A stretch of 64,000 bases of DNA from Prochlorococcus sp. AG-363-C20 (GCA_003280295.1 QCFI01000004.1:9530-73529); one strand, 5' to 3'; positions 32,125-43,650 are shown, counted from the first letter of the stretch. A program made the numbers and translations. The notes: generated by a model from the letters alone, not told the origin.

Positions 32125-33186
32125 TTATTTAAAAGGTGGAGAGATTAGTAGCCCGCCTTGTTTATAGGAGTAATTTAGTCCTCTGGGTATTGGGACTGAA
32201 CTATTCGGTCCAAGATGCCTATTGTATATTTCTCCATAGTTACCTGTTGCTCTAATTACTTGTACAACGAAATCATTTTTGAGCCCAAGTTTTTTCCCTA
32301 AGCCTCCATCTATACCAAGGAATCGACGAAGTGACATAAGGTTTTTGTTTGATAGTGCTTCTTGGAACTTAATGTCTATGTTTTTTTGATTTATCCCATA
32401 CTCTTCTGCTGCGATAAGTGCAAAAACCACCCATTTAATTGCATCTGATAGTTTTTGGTCACCATCGATAGAGGCTGGTGCTAGAGGCTCTTTACTAAGT
32501 ACTTCTTCTAGGATTATGTGGCTCTGAGGTTCTGGAAAACCAGATCTAGCTGCCGCCAACTGAGACAGATCTGAAGTCATTGCTTTACACCTCCCTTGTA
32601 AGTATCCAGCAATAACTTGATTTAGATCTTGGTATTTGATGGGTGTATAGGGCAAATCCTTTTCTTGGAAAGTGTCATTTAGATTTTGTTCTGTTGTAGT
32701 ACCAGAACCTACACATATATTTGCATTACGTAGTTGTTCTAGCTTTGTAATACTGCTAGCTTTTCTAACCATTAATCCTTGACCGTCGTGGAAGATAACT
32801 GGTGCAAATGTGACACCATTTCCTCCTATGGCATCTCTACTAAGGTTGAAAGTAGTGTTCCTAGATAAGAGATCAACTTCGCCTGTCTTTAATGCAGTAA
32901 ATCTTTCTGGAGCAGTAAGTGGTCGATATTGAACTTTTTTGGAATCGCCAATTAGAGCAGCTGCCAACGCTCGACATATGTCAACATCCAGACCTTTGTA
33001 ACCTCCTTCCTTGCCAAGGAAGCTGAATCCAGGAATTTTTCCACTAATGCCACACTTAAGTGCCCCTCTTTGTTGAATCAAATTAAGTCTTGAACTATTT
33101 GCATTATCCAAGTTCGCGCATGCTGAACCAAGAAAAGTCAGGCCTATTAACCCTGCTAAAACACGCTTAGCCATGAAAGTATCCAA
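32125..33186 (-). CDS. Amino-acid ABC substrate-binding lipoprotein (AapJ/NatF-like)
   Basis: Lipobox GSAC; RFTALKTGEVDLLSRNTT; SKEPL; GNYGEIY. Confidence 0.93.
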   Translation of the reverse strand: MDTFMAKRVLAGLIGLTFLGSACANLDNANSSRLNLIQQRGALKCGISGKIPGFSFLGKEGGYKGLDVDICRALAAALIGDSKKVQYRPLTAPERFTALKTGEVDLLSRNTTFNLSRDAIGGNGVTFAPVIFHDGQGLMVRKASSITKLEQLRNANICVGSGTTTEQNLNDTFQEKDLPYTPIKYQDLNQVIAGYLQGRCKAMTSDLSQLAAARSGFPEPQSHIILEEVLSKEPLAPASIDGDQKLSDAIKWVVFALIAAEEYGINQKNIDIKFQEALSNKNLMSLRRFLGIDGGLGKKLGLKNDFVVQVIRATGNYGEIYNRHLGPNSSVPIPRGLNYSYKQGGLLISPPFK

Positions 33187-33401
33187 GTTGGTTTAAGTTT
33201 CCCAGATTAAGATAGTCTTTTTTTTAATTATTTCACAGCCTTTATTACTATTACTCTTTAGCTTTCTATGTCTTTAGATGTAATCCGAAGAAAATATATA
33301 TTTTTCGAGTAATTTATGCGATGTGCAAAACTACTTGGAATTTAATTTTGACTATTTTTAAGATTATGAAAATTAATCTATTGGGAATTTTTTAATTATT
33401 A

Positions 33402-34973
33402 CTAATGCATAGGTTCTTGTCCTCCTAATCTTTCAAAAAGATCTAGACTCTCTTCATTAAGACCGATCACCTCAACACTTGATCCTCCAATAGTAAGTTT
33501 GCGAACAATTTGCTCAAGTGCTGTTACTCCGCTTTGATCCCATATATGTGCTTTAGACATGTCTATCCTTATTTTTGATGGGTGGTCATGTACATCGAAC
33601 CCTTGAAGGAAATAAACTTTGCTAACAAAAAATAATTGTCCAGTTACTTCATATAGAAGCTCGTCTGAATTTTGAATCTTTACGCTTACTTTAATTACTT
33701 TAGCAATTTTTCTACTAAATAGAATTCCAGCTAGAGCAACCCCAGCAATTACACCAAGGGCAAGGTTGTGCGGTGTTGTTAACATCGTCACAGCGAATGT
33801 CATAAGCATTACTGCGGTGTCACTACGAGGAATCTTCGCGATATTCTTTAGACCATTTGTATCTGCAGTACTAACTGCAATAGTAATCATTACTGCTACT
33901 AGTGCAGCCATTGGGACTTGTTGAAGCCAAGGCCTACAAAGAAGGATCATTACTAAAAGACTTAACCCTGATGCCAATGTTGAAAGCCTTGTTTTTCCTC
34001 CATTCTCAGTATTCATTACTGATTGACCTACTAATGCACACCCTGCCATGCCTCCAAATAAGGAAGAAACAATATTGGCAATTCCTTGACCTCTAGCTTC
34101 AACATTTTTATTTGAATTTGTATCTGTTATGTCATCAAGAATATCTTGGGTTAGAAATGTTTCGATCAGACCTACTAAGGAAATAGCTAGAGATGTTGGT
34201 AAAATTATTCCTAGAGTTGCAAGATTAAAAGGTACCTTGCCTTCTGTAATAGAGCCAAAAGGTATAGTGAAACTTGGTAATCCTTGAGGTAAATCTCCAA
34301 GATCCTTGACAGTTGGTATGTCTAAGTTAAATCCGATTGAGATAGCTGTTAAAACAATTATAGCTATTAGTTGAGATGGGATTAACCTGGTAATCCTTGG
34401 CAGTCCGTAAATAACAACTAATCCAATTATTACTAAAATCCATACAATAGGTATTTGAATCCCTGTCGGAATTTGAGTGGAATGTTGGGCTGATAAATCT
34501 TCTGGTGAGTGGAAACTTAATCCCAATTGGGAAAACTGTGCTTGAAGAATTAATAAAGCAAGAGCATTAACAAAGCCACTAAGTACTCCCTGCGGTACAA
34601 AACGCATTTGATATGCAAGCCGTAGATAACCCCAAAGGATTTGAAAAAAACCAGTCAATAAACCCGCTGCCATGAGATATGACAGCCCTAGTCCTTCGCC
34701 TTTAGCATTTCCACTGGCTACGAGACCAGTCATTAGAAGGGCTGTGGAACCAGTAGCAGAGCTGATCATTCCCATTCTCCCTCCAACAAGGGCAATGGTT
34801 ATTGATAGACAAAATGCTCCGAAAAGGCCTACCTCAGGATCAACCCCCGCTATTCCTGAAAAGGCAATAGCTTCAGGAATCATTGCAAAGGCAACCACTA
34901 ATCCTGATAGGAGATCTTTTCGTGGATTTTTTAACCACTCTTTTATGATTGGTGTTTGAGTGCTTTTAATCAT
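33402..34973 (-). CDS. SulP/SLC26 anion transporter
   Basis: [25 protein letters not shown]...GGMAGCA; short STAS domain. Confidence 0.93.
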   Translation of the reverse strand: MIKSTQTPIIKEWLKNPRKDLLSGLVVAFAMIPEAIAFSGIAGVDPEVGLFGAFCLSITIALVGGRMGMISSATGSTALLMTGLVASGNAKGEGLGLSYLMAAGLLTGFFQILWGYLRLAYQMRFVPQGVLSGFVNALALLILQAQFSQLGLSFHSPEDLSAQHSTQIPTGIQIPIVWILVIIGLVVIYGLPRITRLIPSQLIAIIVLTAISIGFNLDIPTVKDLGDLPQGLPSFTIPFGSITEGKVPFNLATLGIILPTSLAISLVGLIETFLTQDILDDITDTNSNKNVEARGQGIANIVSSLFGGMAGCALVGQSVMNTENGGKTRLSTLASGLSLLVMILLCRPWLQQVPMAALVAVMITIAVSTADTNGLKNIAKIPRSDTAVMLMTFAVTMLTTPHNLALGVIAGVALAGILFSRKIAKVIKVSVKIQNSDELLYEVTGQLFFVSKVYFLQGFDVHDHPSKIRIDMSKAHIWDQSGVTALEQIVRKLTIGGSSVEVIGLNEESLDLFERLGGQEPMH

Positions 34974-34999
34974 CTAGGTAACTTAAAAAAATTGAAGTA

Positions 35000-36286
35000 T
35001 CAAAGTCGCGGCAATATACCGTGCGGGTCATATCGAGATTTGAGCTTTTGAAGATCTGGAAGCCACTCTTCAAAAGCTCTTCGTGTTTCTTCTTGATGCC
35101 AGGCTAGGTGTTGATGCATTTGAGCTAAATGAACTCCAGGACAAAGAGGTGTAAATATCATCCAGACTTCTTCTAGCCATTTAAGGCTTTGTTCTCTGGC
35201 TTTTTGGTCTCCTGCTTCCCAAGATGTCGTTATCCATGGTTTCCAGATGGCTTGGCGATGGATGAATGATGTACTCGTTCTGCTTATTTGACTTGACATA
35301 CCACCTAGTTGTTGGGCAGCTATGAAGCAACCTTCATTTGGTCGCTTAGACATTAAATTTGTAAGAGATTTAATTAAGTGATGACTATTAAGGCCCCATG
35401 CAGGACCTAATAGAGAAATCACTTCTGAATGAAACTTATTGTGATTTTGTTTACAAGGATTTTCAATTCTGAAGTCAGGCATCTTATGAAGTCCTGGAAT
35501 TCTTGATATTTCTATTGATTTATTCTCTTGAAAGTCTTTCTTTAGTTGCTCAAGAGACTTTTTGTTTTTGTAAATATCAATAGCTATAACAACAAACACT
35601 TTAATTTTTTCACCCCATATCCATTGCAAACTTATATTATTAGGCCAGTTTTCAGCATGTTGAATTAATTCAATCAACTCATCTTTTTCTAATGAAGTTT
35701 GCCATACTTCAATTGAATTTATGGGTTGTGTATTAAGTTTTAGACTTGTTATAATTCCGAGAAAGGGCGCGCCACCACAGAGCCCTCTCCAAATAAGTTG
35801 ATCTTCAGGACTTGAAGATTTATTAGGTTTGCAGATCTTGAATGCTTCTCCATTTCCCCATATACCCTGCATTTCAATGACCTGGTCTATTGCTAAACCT
35901 TGACTTCTACTTAAAGGACTAATTCCTCCAGTAATTATGTATCCTATGCCAGGTAAAGTTGATAAGCCAGTTGGAAATGATCTGTCGAACTCTGCGAGGT
36001 TTTTAAGCAGGCTTCTCATGTTATTTCCTGCTCCAAATTCTATTGTCTTGCTTACTGGATCAAAGTTGATTTGTTGGTAGGAATTCCTTAAATCTAATGT
36101 CCAATGGCCATTTGCTGCGCAACGACTAGAAGTTCCACCACTGCAAACTAATAAAGGTTTAGGTGCTATTTGTCCTGTTCTTAAAAGTTCCTTCAATTCA
36201 TCATTAACTTCTTCAAAGACTCCAGATAGAATGCAGTCTTGAGCTAATGAATTATGTACGGAGATGTGACTATGGATTTTCTCCAT
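35000..36286 (-). CDS. FAD-linked oxidoreductase (VAO/berberine-bridge-like)
   Basis: GYIITGGIS, LIWRGLCGG, LKSRYDPHG. Confidence 0.85.
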   Translation of the reverse strand: MEKIHSHISVHNSLAQDCILSGVFEEVNDELKELLRTGQIAPKPLLVCSGGTSSRCAANGHWTLDLRNSYQQINFDPVSKTIEFGAGNNMRSLLKNLAEFDRSFPTGLSTLPGIGYIITGGISPLSRSQGLAIDQVIEMQGIWGNGEAFKICKPNKSSSPEDQLIWRGLCGGAPFLGIITSLKLNTQPINSIEVWQTSLEKDELIELIQHAENWPNNISLQWIWGEKIKVFVVIAIDIYKNKKSLEQLKKDFQENKSIEISRIPGLHKMPDFRIENPCKQNHNKFHSEVISLLGPAWGLNSHHLIKSLTNLMSKRPNEGCFIAAQQLGGMSSQISRTSTSFIHRQAIWKPWITTSWEAGDQKAREQSLKWLEEVWMIFTPLCPGVHLAQMHQHLAWHQEETRRAFEEWLPDLQKLKSRYDPHGILPRL

Positions 36287-36373
36287 TTAGCTTTTATAGC
36301 TGGTATTGCCTTGAGTGTGCATTAATGATTCGACCTCTTTCGAGATAAGGTCAAGAGTAAGTGGCATCAAACT

Positions 36374-37465
36374 TTGACTTCTGAACTTCCTAATTATCAC
36401 GATGATAATCGTTTTGGCGTTTTGATTTGTGGTCATGGCAGCAGGAATCGACTGGCTATAGATGAATTCGCTCAACTGGTTTTATCAATTAAATTGAGGA
36501 TGCCCTCGATCCCTATCGAATATGGATATCTTGAGTTTGCTCGGCCTGTAATTAGCGAGGCGCTGGATCGACTGCATTCTCAATCTTTAAAGAGGGTCAT
36601 AGCTATCCCTGCAATGCTTTTTGCAGCAGGTCATGCAAAAAATGATATTCCTTCTTTGTTGAATGCTTATGCGCTCAAATCGGGAATAGTTATTGAATAT
36701 GGACGTGAGCTTGGTATTAATAACTCCATGATTGGAGCGGCCGGTGCAAGGATTAAAGCGACTATTGAATCTGCAGATAATTTTCCTAATTCTGAAACAC
36801 TTCTCGTAGTTGTTGGAAGAGGTTCTTCGGACCCAGATGCAAACTCGAATGTGGCCAAGATTACAAGGATGTTGGTTGAAGGGTTTGGATTTGGTTGGGG
36901 AGAGACAGTTTATTCAGGAGTTACCTTCCCTCTTGTTGAACCTGGACTTAGACAATTAGTGAGATTAGGTTTTAAAAGAATAATTGTTTTCCCATATTTT
37001 CTTTTCTCTGGAGTTTTGGTTAGCCGAATAAGAAAACATACGGAAAGAGTTGCTGCTGATTTCCCAGAAATTGAATTCCTTCATGCACCATATTTAGGAT
37101 CTCATCCTTTAGTGCTTGAGACTTTTAAAGACCGTATAGAAGAGGTTTTAGTTGGAAATAATTCAATGAACTGTGCTCTTTGCAAATATCGTTCAAGTCT
37201 TTTAGGCTTTGAAAATGAAGTTAGTCTTGAGCAGGGAAGTCATCATCATCATGTAGAAGGTTTAGAGGAGAGTTGCAAACTTTGTGAAGCAGAATGCACT
37301 GGAGCATGTGAGGTTGAAGGGAGTCACTATCTAGAACAAAAGAAGTCAAATGAAGAGAATCATCATTTGAGTAACCATCATTATCCTTATCCAAATGCTG
37401 ACCATCCTCTTGGCCCCATAACCCTCCGATCGCTTGCTTCCCCTCCAGAGGTTCAAGAAGGATAG
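36374..37465 (+). CDS. cbiX: Sirohydrochlorin chelatase, long form
   Basis: GHGSR, AGHAKNDIP, GRGSSDPDAN, MNCALCKYR, His-rich tail. Confidence 0.93.
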   Translation: MTSELPNYHDDNRFGVLICGHGSRNRLAIDEFAQLVLSIKLRMPSIPIEYGYLEFARPVISEALDRLHSQSLKRVIAIPAMLFAAGHAKNDIPSLLNAYALKSGIVIEYGRELGINNSMIGAAGARIKATIESADNFPNSETLLVVVGRGSSDPDANSNVAKITRMLVEGFGFGWGETVYSGVTFPLVEPGLRQLVRLGFKRIIVFPYFLFSGVLVSRIRKHTERVAADFPEIEFLHAPYLGSHPLVLETFKDRIEEVLVGNNSMNCALCKYRSSLLGFENEVSLEQGSHHHHVEGLEESCKLCEAECTGACEVEGSHYLEQKKSNEENHHLSNHHYPYPNADHPLGPITLRSLASPPEVQEG

Positions 37466-37552
37466 CTTTCCCGAAGGATATATATCTTTTCTTATCTGAG
37501 TCTTATGAGAATCGTATCATATAAGTATGACTTATCAAAGAGTGAGAAAGGT

Positions 37553-37746
37553 TTTTCCCTAAAACTCTCCACAGGTTTTAGGAGGTTTTTCCACTGCTTT
37601 TAGATTGAAATGACCTGATAGCGTTAAAGCTGTGGGTTTTGAATTTGGTTTCCATTGATGCTTGACATCAGAAAGAAATTCTTTCCAAAGCTGTTCAAAA
37701 CTACTTATGGAAAAATTTTTCCTTGCAATGACTAGAGTTTTGAAAA
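37553..37746. promoter_or_regulatory. Cluster of degenerate TTTTCCACA-like (DnaA-box-like) motifs
   Basis: Seven 9-mers within 2 mismatches, in both orientations. Confidence 0.45.
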
Positions 37747-37840
37747 CCTTGTTATACATTTTCAATCCCTGATGAGTATTTGACGCAATCGTGAATGAAC
37801 AGGATCCTTGTCTCAGTAAAAAAACTGCTAGCTCTTTTGA

Positions 37841-38107
37841 ATGGATCTAACTCAATTGAAAGATTGTCTGGAAGTTACTACTGACCTGACTCCAAACACG
37901 TTTGAATCGCCCTGTATCACTCTTGAGACGGAAATATCCCAAGAGCTCTACCTAGGGATGAAAGAATTCATCAGTACTAATCCTCATTGGAATCAAGCCA
38001 GCTTGATCAGTTCCGCATTGGCAACTTTCTTATTCCAGAACGGTTGCGAAGATAGAGCTGTTACAGAGCGCTATCTTAATGACCTTTTTGGGCGGGCTGA
38101 CGTCTGA
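37841..38107 (+). CDS. DUF2811 family protein
   Basis: LETEISQELY.GMKEFI..NPHWNQ......AL..FLFQNG. Confidence 0.85.
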   Translation: MDLTQLKDCLEVTTDLTPNTFESPCITLETEISQELYLGMKEFISTNPHWNQASLISSALATFLFQNGCEDRAVTERYLNDLFGRADV

Positions 38108-39746
38108 GAGCTTCAAGGCAAGCCCTTCTTGTAATGGCCATCATTGTCAGGGTTGGGCTCTGCCAGCCTGAGGTTGGCCAACAAGCACCATCAACAATTA
38201 GTACATTTTGGCAACGCCAGAGCCTGTTATCCCGGTCTAATACGCTGTCCTCCTCTTTCTCTCCCATTGGAGCACCGCCGACTTCATGTATGAAATAACC
38301 TGGAGGAGGTGCCTCGTCTTTTAGGGCAACAGACTTCTCAAAGATAGTTTTGCTAAAAGGCATTCTTACAAGTTCTTTTAGGGGTAACATTTTGCCTCCT
38401 GCCGATTCAATTATTTCTTTTATAGTATTAGCCATATGATTGGCCATTTCTTTCTCGTTTTCACCCCATTTGCAGTTGATATGTGGTATTGGAATATCCC
38501 ATCGGTCTAATTCACTTGATAGAGTTACTTTATTGTCCGAATAAGGTAATACTTCTCCATGCCCAATTAAAAAACCAGTATTACTCTCTGGTATTTTCTT
38601 TAAGCATAAAGGAGGTTCAAAACGATTTATTCCTCCCCAAATTCCATAACCTCTTAGGAAATTTTTGGTAGAAGAATTTTTAAATTCTGTCCCAAATGGG
38701 ATATAAAAACTTCCTGCCCCAGAAAGTAATTCCATCTCGGATTTTGAACTGTTAGGAAAATACTCTTTCTGAACTTTTGGAAATGCAAAAAAACGACAAA
38801 CAGATATATGATCCATGAGACTACTTCCTAGTTTTCCAGAAGGATCAATAAAGCCATCTTTTTGTTGATTTCTTTCAGAATTGAGAAGTATTCGAAGGCT
38901 TTGAATCGTTGATGCACATAGAATAACTAGTGAGCAATTAAGTTCTTTTCGAGCTCCATTGTTCTGGTTGACAACTACAACACCTTTAGCAAGACCATTA
39001 TTTTTTTTAATGGTTATTTTTTCTGCCATATGTTCTGTAAGAACCTCTACTTTCCCTGTAGCAATTGCACTTTGAAGAGTGCTACCTAAACTGCTTGAGC
39101 GTGGCCACGGGCCATTGACTTTTGGTTCGTGTGGACCAAATCCTCTAGAATGGATAAATGGATAGTTGAGATTTGATTGGATGGATTTACCAAAGTATTT
39201 TTCGCTTGTTGTGAAGGGGAGTGGATTGATGAAGTTCCCATCTGGTAATTGATTTAATCTATCTATATTTCCATGAACTTGAAGTCGCTTTTCTAATTCT
39301 GAGTAGTGTGCTTCTAGTTCTGAATATGAGATTGGCCAATCTGGCCCATAGCCATCCCGAGATGAAGCTTTAAACTCATTTTCTGAGAGCCTCAATGTGA
39401 CACCTCCCCAGGTAAGACTTCTCCCACCTACTTGTTTTCCCTGGGTCCAAAAAAATGGTTTGTCTATAGGAAAGGTATAAGGGTTTTCTTTCTCATTTGC
39501 ATATAACAATGGATTTGCTTTCCAATAGCCAGGATGTTGTGCCTGAATCTTTTTCCTACCATTAACAATTCCTGAAATTCGTTTTAGCGTGTTTGCTGGT
39601 TCCGACCCAAGCGCTTGTAGTGCTGAAAGTTGAGGACCTGCTTCGATAATAAGAACTCTCACACCTTTTTCAGCAAGAGTGAGAGCGGCCACTCCTCCAG
39701 TCGCTCCGGATCCGATCACTATCACCTCATAAGGGTTTTTGATCAC
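38076..39746 (-). CDS. GMC oxidoreductase
   Basis: GSGATGG, VGGRSLTWGG, IHEVGGAPMG, SPTLTMMA. Confidence 0.93.
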   Translation of the reverse strand: MIKNPYEVIVIGSGATGGVAALTLAEKGVRVLIIEAGPQLSALQALGSEPANTLKRISGIVNGRKKIQAQHPGYWKANPLLYANEKENPYTFPIDKPFFWTQGKQVGGRSLTWGGVTLRLSENEFKASSRDGYGPDWPISYSELEAHYSELEKRLQVHGNIDRLNQLPDGNFINPLPFTTSEKYFGKSIQSNLNYPFIHSRGFGPHEPKVNGPWPRSSSLGSTLQSAIATGKVEVLTEHMAEKITIKKNNGLAKGVVVVNQNNGARKELNCSLVILCASTIQSLRILLNSERNQQKDGFIDPSGKLGSSLMDHISVCRFFAFPKVQKEYFPNSSKSEMELLSGAGSFYIPFGTEFKNSSTKNFLRGYGIWGGINRFEPPLCLKKIPESNTGFLIGHGEVLPYSDNKVTLSSELDRWDIPIPHINCKWGENEKEMANHMANTIKEIIESAGGKMLPLKELVRMPFSKTIFEKSVALKDEAPPPGYFIHEVGGAPMGEKEEDSVLDRDNRLWRCQNVLIVDGACWPTSGWQSPTLTMMAITRRACLEALRRQPAQKGH

Positions 39747-39786
39747 TTGCTTTGGTTTCAGTTGATTTCATAAAATTACCAAGCTA

Positions 39787-40089
39787 TTAGCTTCTTCCTA
39801 ACCAGGAAGGTGCACCACTAAACCATTCTCCAAGATCATCTATTTTTGGCTTATAGCTAGCTTCTGGATCAGTTGCTCCTAAGTTCAAGCCATGTAATAG
39901 CTGATCAATGCCGTTGATAGGTTCTCGTTTTTGTTGCAACTGCTGAGCCTTTCTTAGGCAGGTAGCAACTGTTTGATTTTGGTCAGCAAAATTGCCTACA
40001 AATACTCTTTCTTTTAGTGTGACGACTTCTCCTTTGGCAATCCGTTCGAGAATGCTTTTTAAACGAAGACGAGTAGCAGTCGAGAACAT
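39787..40089 (-). CDS. Conserved hypothetical protein
   Basis: STATRLRL..IL.RI...WFSGAPSWL. Confidence 0.8.
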   Translation of the reverse strand: MFSTATRLRLKSILERIAKGEVVTLKERVFVGNFADQNQTVATCLRKAQQLQQKREPINGIDQLLHGLNLGATDPEASYKPKIDDLGEWFSGAPSWLGRS

Positions 40090-40286
40090 GAAAAAAAATC
40101 AGTCACCTTTATTTAATAGCCTTAATCTCGAGACTTAGTAATGATAGTGCCACAAAGCTTTTCATATTTATGAAAGAGTTTTACTATTTCCTCTAAGAAT
40201 TCTATTGATTAAGCAGATGGCCACAAGCATGATTAAGTTAAGATAAAAAAAATTCTGCGATAAACTTTGATTAGTGCGGACCTGTT

Positions 40287-40787
40287 TTGTTTTCATTAGC
40301 TATTCTCATGAATAAAAGATTTCTATCATTTTTTGCAGTTGTGCTTCTTGTTCTTTTAATCCCTTTACAAGCAAGTTGGGCTGCTATGGACTATGCAAAG
40401 CAGGTACTGATTGAGTCAGATTTTTCAAATAGAGATTTGCAAGGAGTTACTTTCAATTTAACTAATCTTTTAAAAGCTGATCTTTCAGGCAGTAACCTAG
40501 AAGGCGCTAGCTTATTCGGAGCAAAGCTTCAAGAAGCTGATCTAAGTAATACGAATCTTCGCTATGCGACTCTTGATTCAGCAATTTTAGAAGGAACTGA
40601 TTTAACCAATTCTGTGCTAGAAGATGCTTTTGCTTTTAATACGCGCTTTAAAGATGTGCTTATAACGGGAGCAGACTTTACCAATGTTCCTATGAGAGAT
40701 GACGTTTTAGCTAATCTTTGTTTAGTTGCTGATGGAAAAAACCCCATAACTGGACGAAATACTAGGGAAACACTTGATTGTAGTTAA
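40287..40787 (+). CDS. Exported pentapeptide-repeat protein
   Basis: Signal peptide, A(D/N)Lxx repeats, C...GKNPITG..T...LDC. Confidence 0.92.
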   Translation: MFSLAILMNKRFLSFFAVVLLVLLIPLQASWAAMDYAKQVLIESDFSNRDLQGVTFNLTNLLKADLSGSNLEGASLFGAKLQEADLSNTNLRYATLDSAILEGTDLTNSVLEDAFAFNTRFKDVLITGADFTNVPMRDDVLANLCLVADGKNPITGRNTRETLDCS

Positions 40788-40847
40788 GTTTATTGCTTTG
40801 ATGTTGATTCTTTAAGGACTTTTTTAAACAAAAGGTAGCTTTTTATT

Positions 40848-41150
40848 ATGCAAATAGATGATTTTAACTCAATTGATATATTGGGATTTTGTGCGGGAAT
40901 TTTTACCACGATTGCCTTCCTTCCACAGGTTTTGAAGACCTGGAATTCAAAGTCTGCAGAAGATGTTTCCTTGATAATGTTTATATTATTTATTTTAGGG
41001 GTCTTGCTTTGGTGTATTTATGGATTTGAGATTCATTCAACCCCTGTAATAATTGCTAATGTCATAACATTTATTCTTGCAGCAATAATTTTGGTTTTAA
41101 AATTAATATTTGAGAACTCTTATAAAGATAAAAATCAAGAGGATAGTTAA
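40848..41150 (+). CDS. SemiSWEET transporter
   Basis: TTIAFLPQ..K.W..KSA.DVS, LW..YG, IIAN. Confidence 0.92.
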   Translation: MQIDDFNSIDILGFCAGIFTTIAFLPQVLKTWNSKSAEDVSLIMFILFILGVLLWCIYGFEIHSTPVIIANVITFILAAIILVLKLIFENSYKDKNQEDS

Positions 41151-41415
41151 GCCATTTTTATGCTATTAAAAGGAGGCATTAACATTAATCGTTGAGAATT
41201 CTACTATCTCTAATTTACAGCAACTTAGTAATCATTGGTTTGTAGAATGGATGAAAGCTTTTGCTTTGTATTGCTTTTATCTTATGATTAGTCTTATTAT
41301 TTTGCTTTAGTAATCTTCTTAGTTAATAGGAATTTAGTTGGTGGGATACTACTGAGGAAAGCCGACTTTTAAAACCCTGATCATGTTATGAGGTTAGAAT
41401 TAATTATAGTAGCTA

Positions 41416-41877
41416 TTAATTTTCAATTTCATCTCTGACCGAGATAAAATAATTATAAAATAAATCACTTCCTTCCTGACCAGATAAGCCTATAGCAGGA
41501 CCACATTCATTCACAATCTGTCTGGAAATGACCTCGGCAAGTCTATCTTCATCTATTTTTTCCAGATTCTCTTTTCCTGATGAAATCAACTCAAACCATA
41601 ATGAAGGGTTGAACTTAGACTCTCTGTTCTCATTTATTGTTAAACGCATAGCCCCTTCTTTAGAAATACCCATTCCAATACCATTGCAAAATTTATCTGA
41701 ATAACCTTTAGCAACTTTCTCTTGAAGACTATTTAAGTTTGAATTATTATTCAAATTAGAAGCGATTGCTTTTGAAGGAAAAGCTAACATTAAAGAGATG
41801 CTTAAAATTATAAGAAAAGAAATAGCTTGAGTAACAAGAGTCATGATTGTTTGTATACTTGATCTACTATATGTCAA
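41416..41877 (-). CDS. Hypothetical exported protein
   Basis: Signal/TM N-terminus; KFCNGIGMGIS. Confidence 0.75.
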   Translation of the reverse strand: MTYSRSSIQTIMTLVTQAISFLIILSISLMLAFPSKAIASNLNNNSNLNSLQEKVAKGYSDKFCNGIGMGISKEGAMRLTINENRESKFNPSLWFELISSGKENLEKIDEDRLAEVISRQIVNECGPAIGLSGQEGSDLFYNYFISVRDEIEN

Positions 41878-42182
41878 TTTGAGAGTAACAATAACATAAT
41901 TAATTGTAGCATGATCTCCATTCTTTTGATTGTACTTCAGGCCATACTTCTTGAAAAAAAGCTCTGTTTAATGAATTCTTCCTTTATATAAGAAGGATAG
42001 ACGTGAATATAAACTAAAAAAATCTTTTCAGCTCATTTCACTTGAAAATCATTTGTTAAATAATATTGTCTTTATTATTTGAGAATGAAAGAGAAAATCT
42101 AAACAAAGTTTACTAAGGCTTGTTGCAAAAAACTGGCTTGATGTGTTGCGAAGCGTGATCCTTTTATAAATCCATATTAAAA

Positions 42183-42359
42183 ATGCTTAACGTACTTTTT
42201 CTTGGAATGCTCAAACGTGCATGCAATGTTTATGGAGATTGCTTGATGCACGATCTTGGCTTATCGCCAATAGCACTTGCCTCTCCGCAGAAAGAGGTCA
42301 CACCTGAAAACAACCTTGACTCTTGCCAGGAAGCTTGGGCCCTTGAGTTTGATCGTTGA
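42183..42359 (+). CDS. 58-aa hypothetical micro-protein
   Basis: MLNVLFLGMLKRACNVYGDCLMHDLG...AWALEFDR*; GC-richer than flanks. Confidence 0.55.
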   Translation: MLNVLFLGMLKRACNVYGDCLMHDLGLSPIALASPQKEVTPENNLDSCQEAWALEFDR

Positions 42360-42458
42360 CAGTTTTATGCTTTCCTTGAACTTACTATTACAAAGCATAC
42401 CTAATTATAAATAGACTGTATTTATCCTCATTACATATATTTCCCATCTTGCTAGTAC

Positions 42459-42683
42459 TTGTTTATAGCCACTCGAGGTGGGATTATGGGATCACAATGG
42501 CGATACCCGCTAGACAATAATCTTCAGCAGCAAGAAGTTTTAGCAGATATAGTCTCACATGCTCTTACAAGAATTGAACTGCTAAAAGGTAAAGATAGTG
42601 ATTGCTTAGCTAATGAATATAAGGAATGGTTGGCAGATGATTTTGACAATGATGTGATGGTTCTTAGACAAATAAAGAGATAA
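42459..42683 (+). CDS. Hypothetical protein
   Basis: ORF track; likely ATG start at MGSQW after GAGGTG. Confidence 0.7.
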   Translation: MFIATRGGIMGSQWRYPLDNNLQQQEVLADIVSHALTRIELLKGKDSDCLANEYKEWLADDFDNDVMVLRQIKR

Positions 42684-43563
42684 TTGGTTGAGATCTTAAG
42701 TATAGTATTAACTAGATTATAATAATAAATCTAATACAACTATAGAAAAAGCACTCTTTCCACTAGTATTAGAAAGTAGCTTAATGCTTTAGAAATATAT
42801 AGGTTTTACCTTTGAGATGTTTTTGCTAATATCACATTTTCTTTGATAATGCTTTGTTCAAATCACTTGAAACATGTTGTTATTCGAGTTCTTTTTGATT
42901 AACATCTAAAGCGGGGCAAGTAACTAAAATTGTAATTGAACTGGATCTATAGAATCAGAGATTATTAGATACCTTGTTCTAAACATAGAAGCCATGTAAA
43001 TCAATGCGATTAAAAGTATATGTTTTATTGAAATGTCAAGTGATTCTAATTAACTGCAAAAAGAGCTTGTTCACACTTTGGAAGTAAACCTAAAAAGGTT
43101 GCCATAGGAATAGCATATCTGAGATTTATCTCTATTGTGCTTGTTCCCATGGGAGTGGATCCCCTTCATCTGTAGTAGCCATTGCTGTAGTAAACGCCTC
43201 CATTATGGGGATGGGTGTCTTGTCAGCGAAAAAAAAACCTAAAGGGATGCATGGAATTGTCCCTAGCCTGGACAGGACAGAACCGCATGACACTTTATGT
43301 GAAAATCCAATCTACAGATAAAGCATGGAGCTTTTTCAGACGATTTTGCATATTTCACTCGCGTCGAAGTTGTATCTAAAGCAAAGAGCCTTGGATACAT
43401 TGGACTTCAACGCATCATAGAGTTTTAGATTTCATTTGTAATACATGGGAAGGGAGATACCTAGCAATTTTTAGAACTCACTTTCTCGCTGATTCAATAC
43501 ATACGACTATTTTTTTTGTTTTTTGGGGTCTTGTTGTATGTCTAGTAGTTTAGTGGCAATGCA

Positions 43564-43650
43564 CGGAGGGGGTGGGATTCGAACCCACGATGCCCTTGCG
43601 GACATGCTGGTTTTCAAGACCAGAGCCATCAACCACTCGACCACCCCTCC
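43564..43650 (-). tRNA. trnS: tRNA-Ser(UGA)
   Basis: GGAGGGG/CCCCTCC acceptor stem, CTGGT-CTTGAAA-ACCAG anticodon arm, long variable arm, TTCGAAT. Confidence 0.97.

Noticed and set aside
37559-37765. Track ORF of 68 aa (minus)
   Set aside because: The sequence is better explained by repeated DNA motifs; the protein has no recognisable features.
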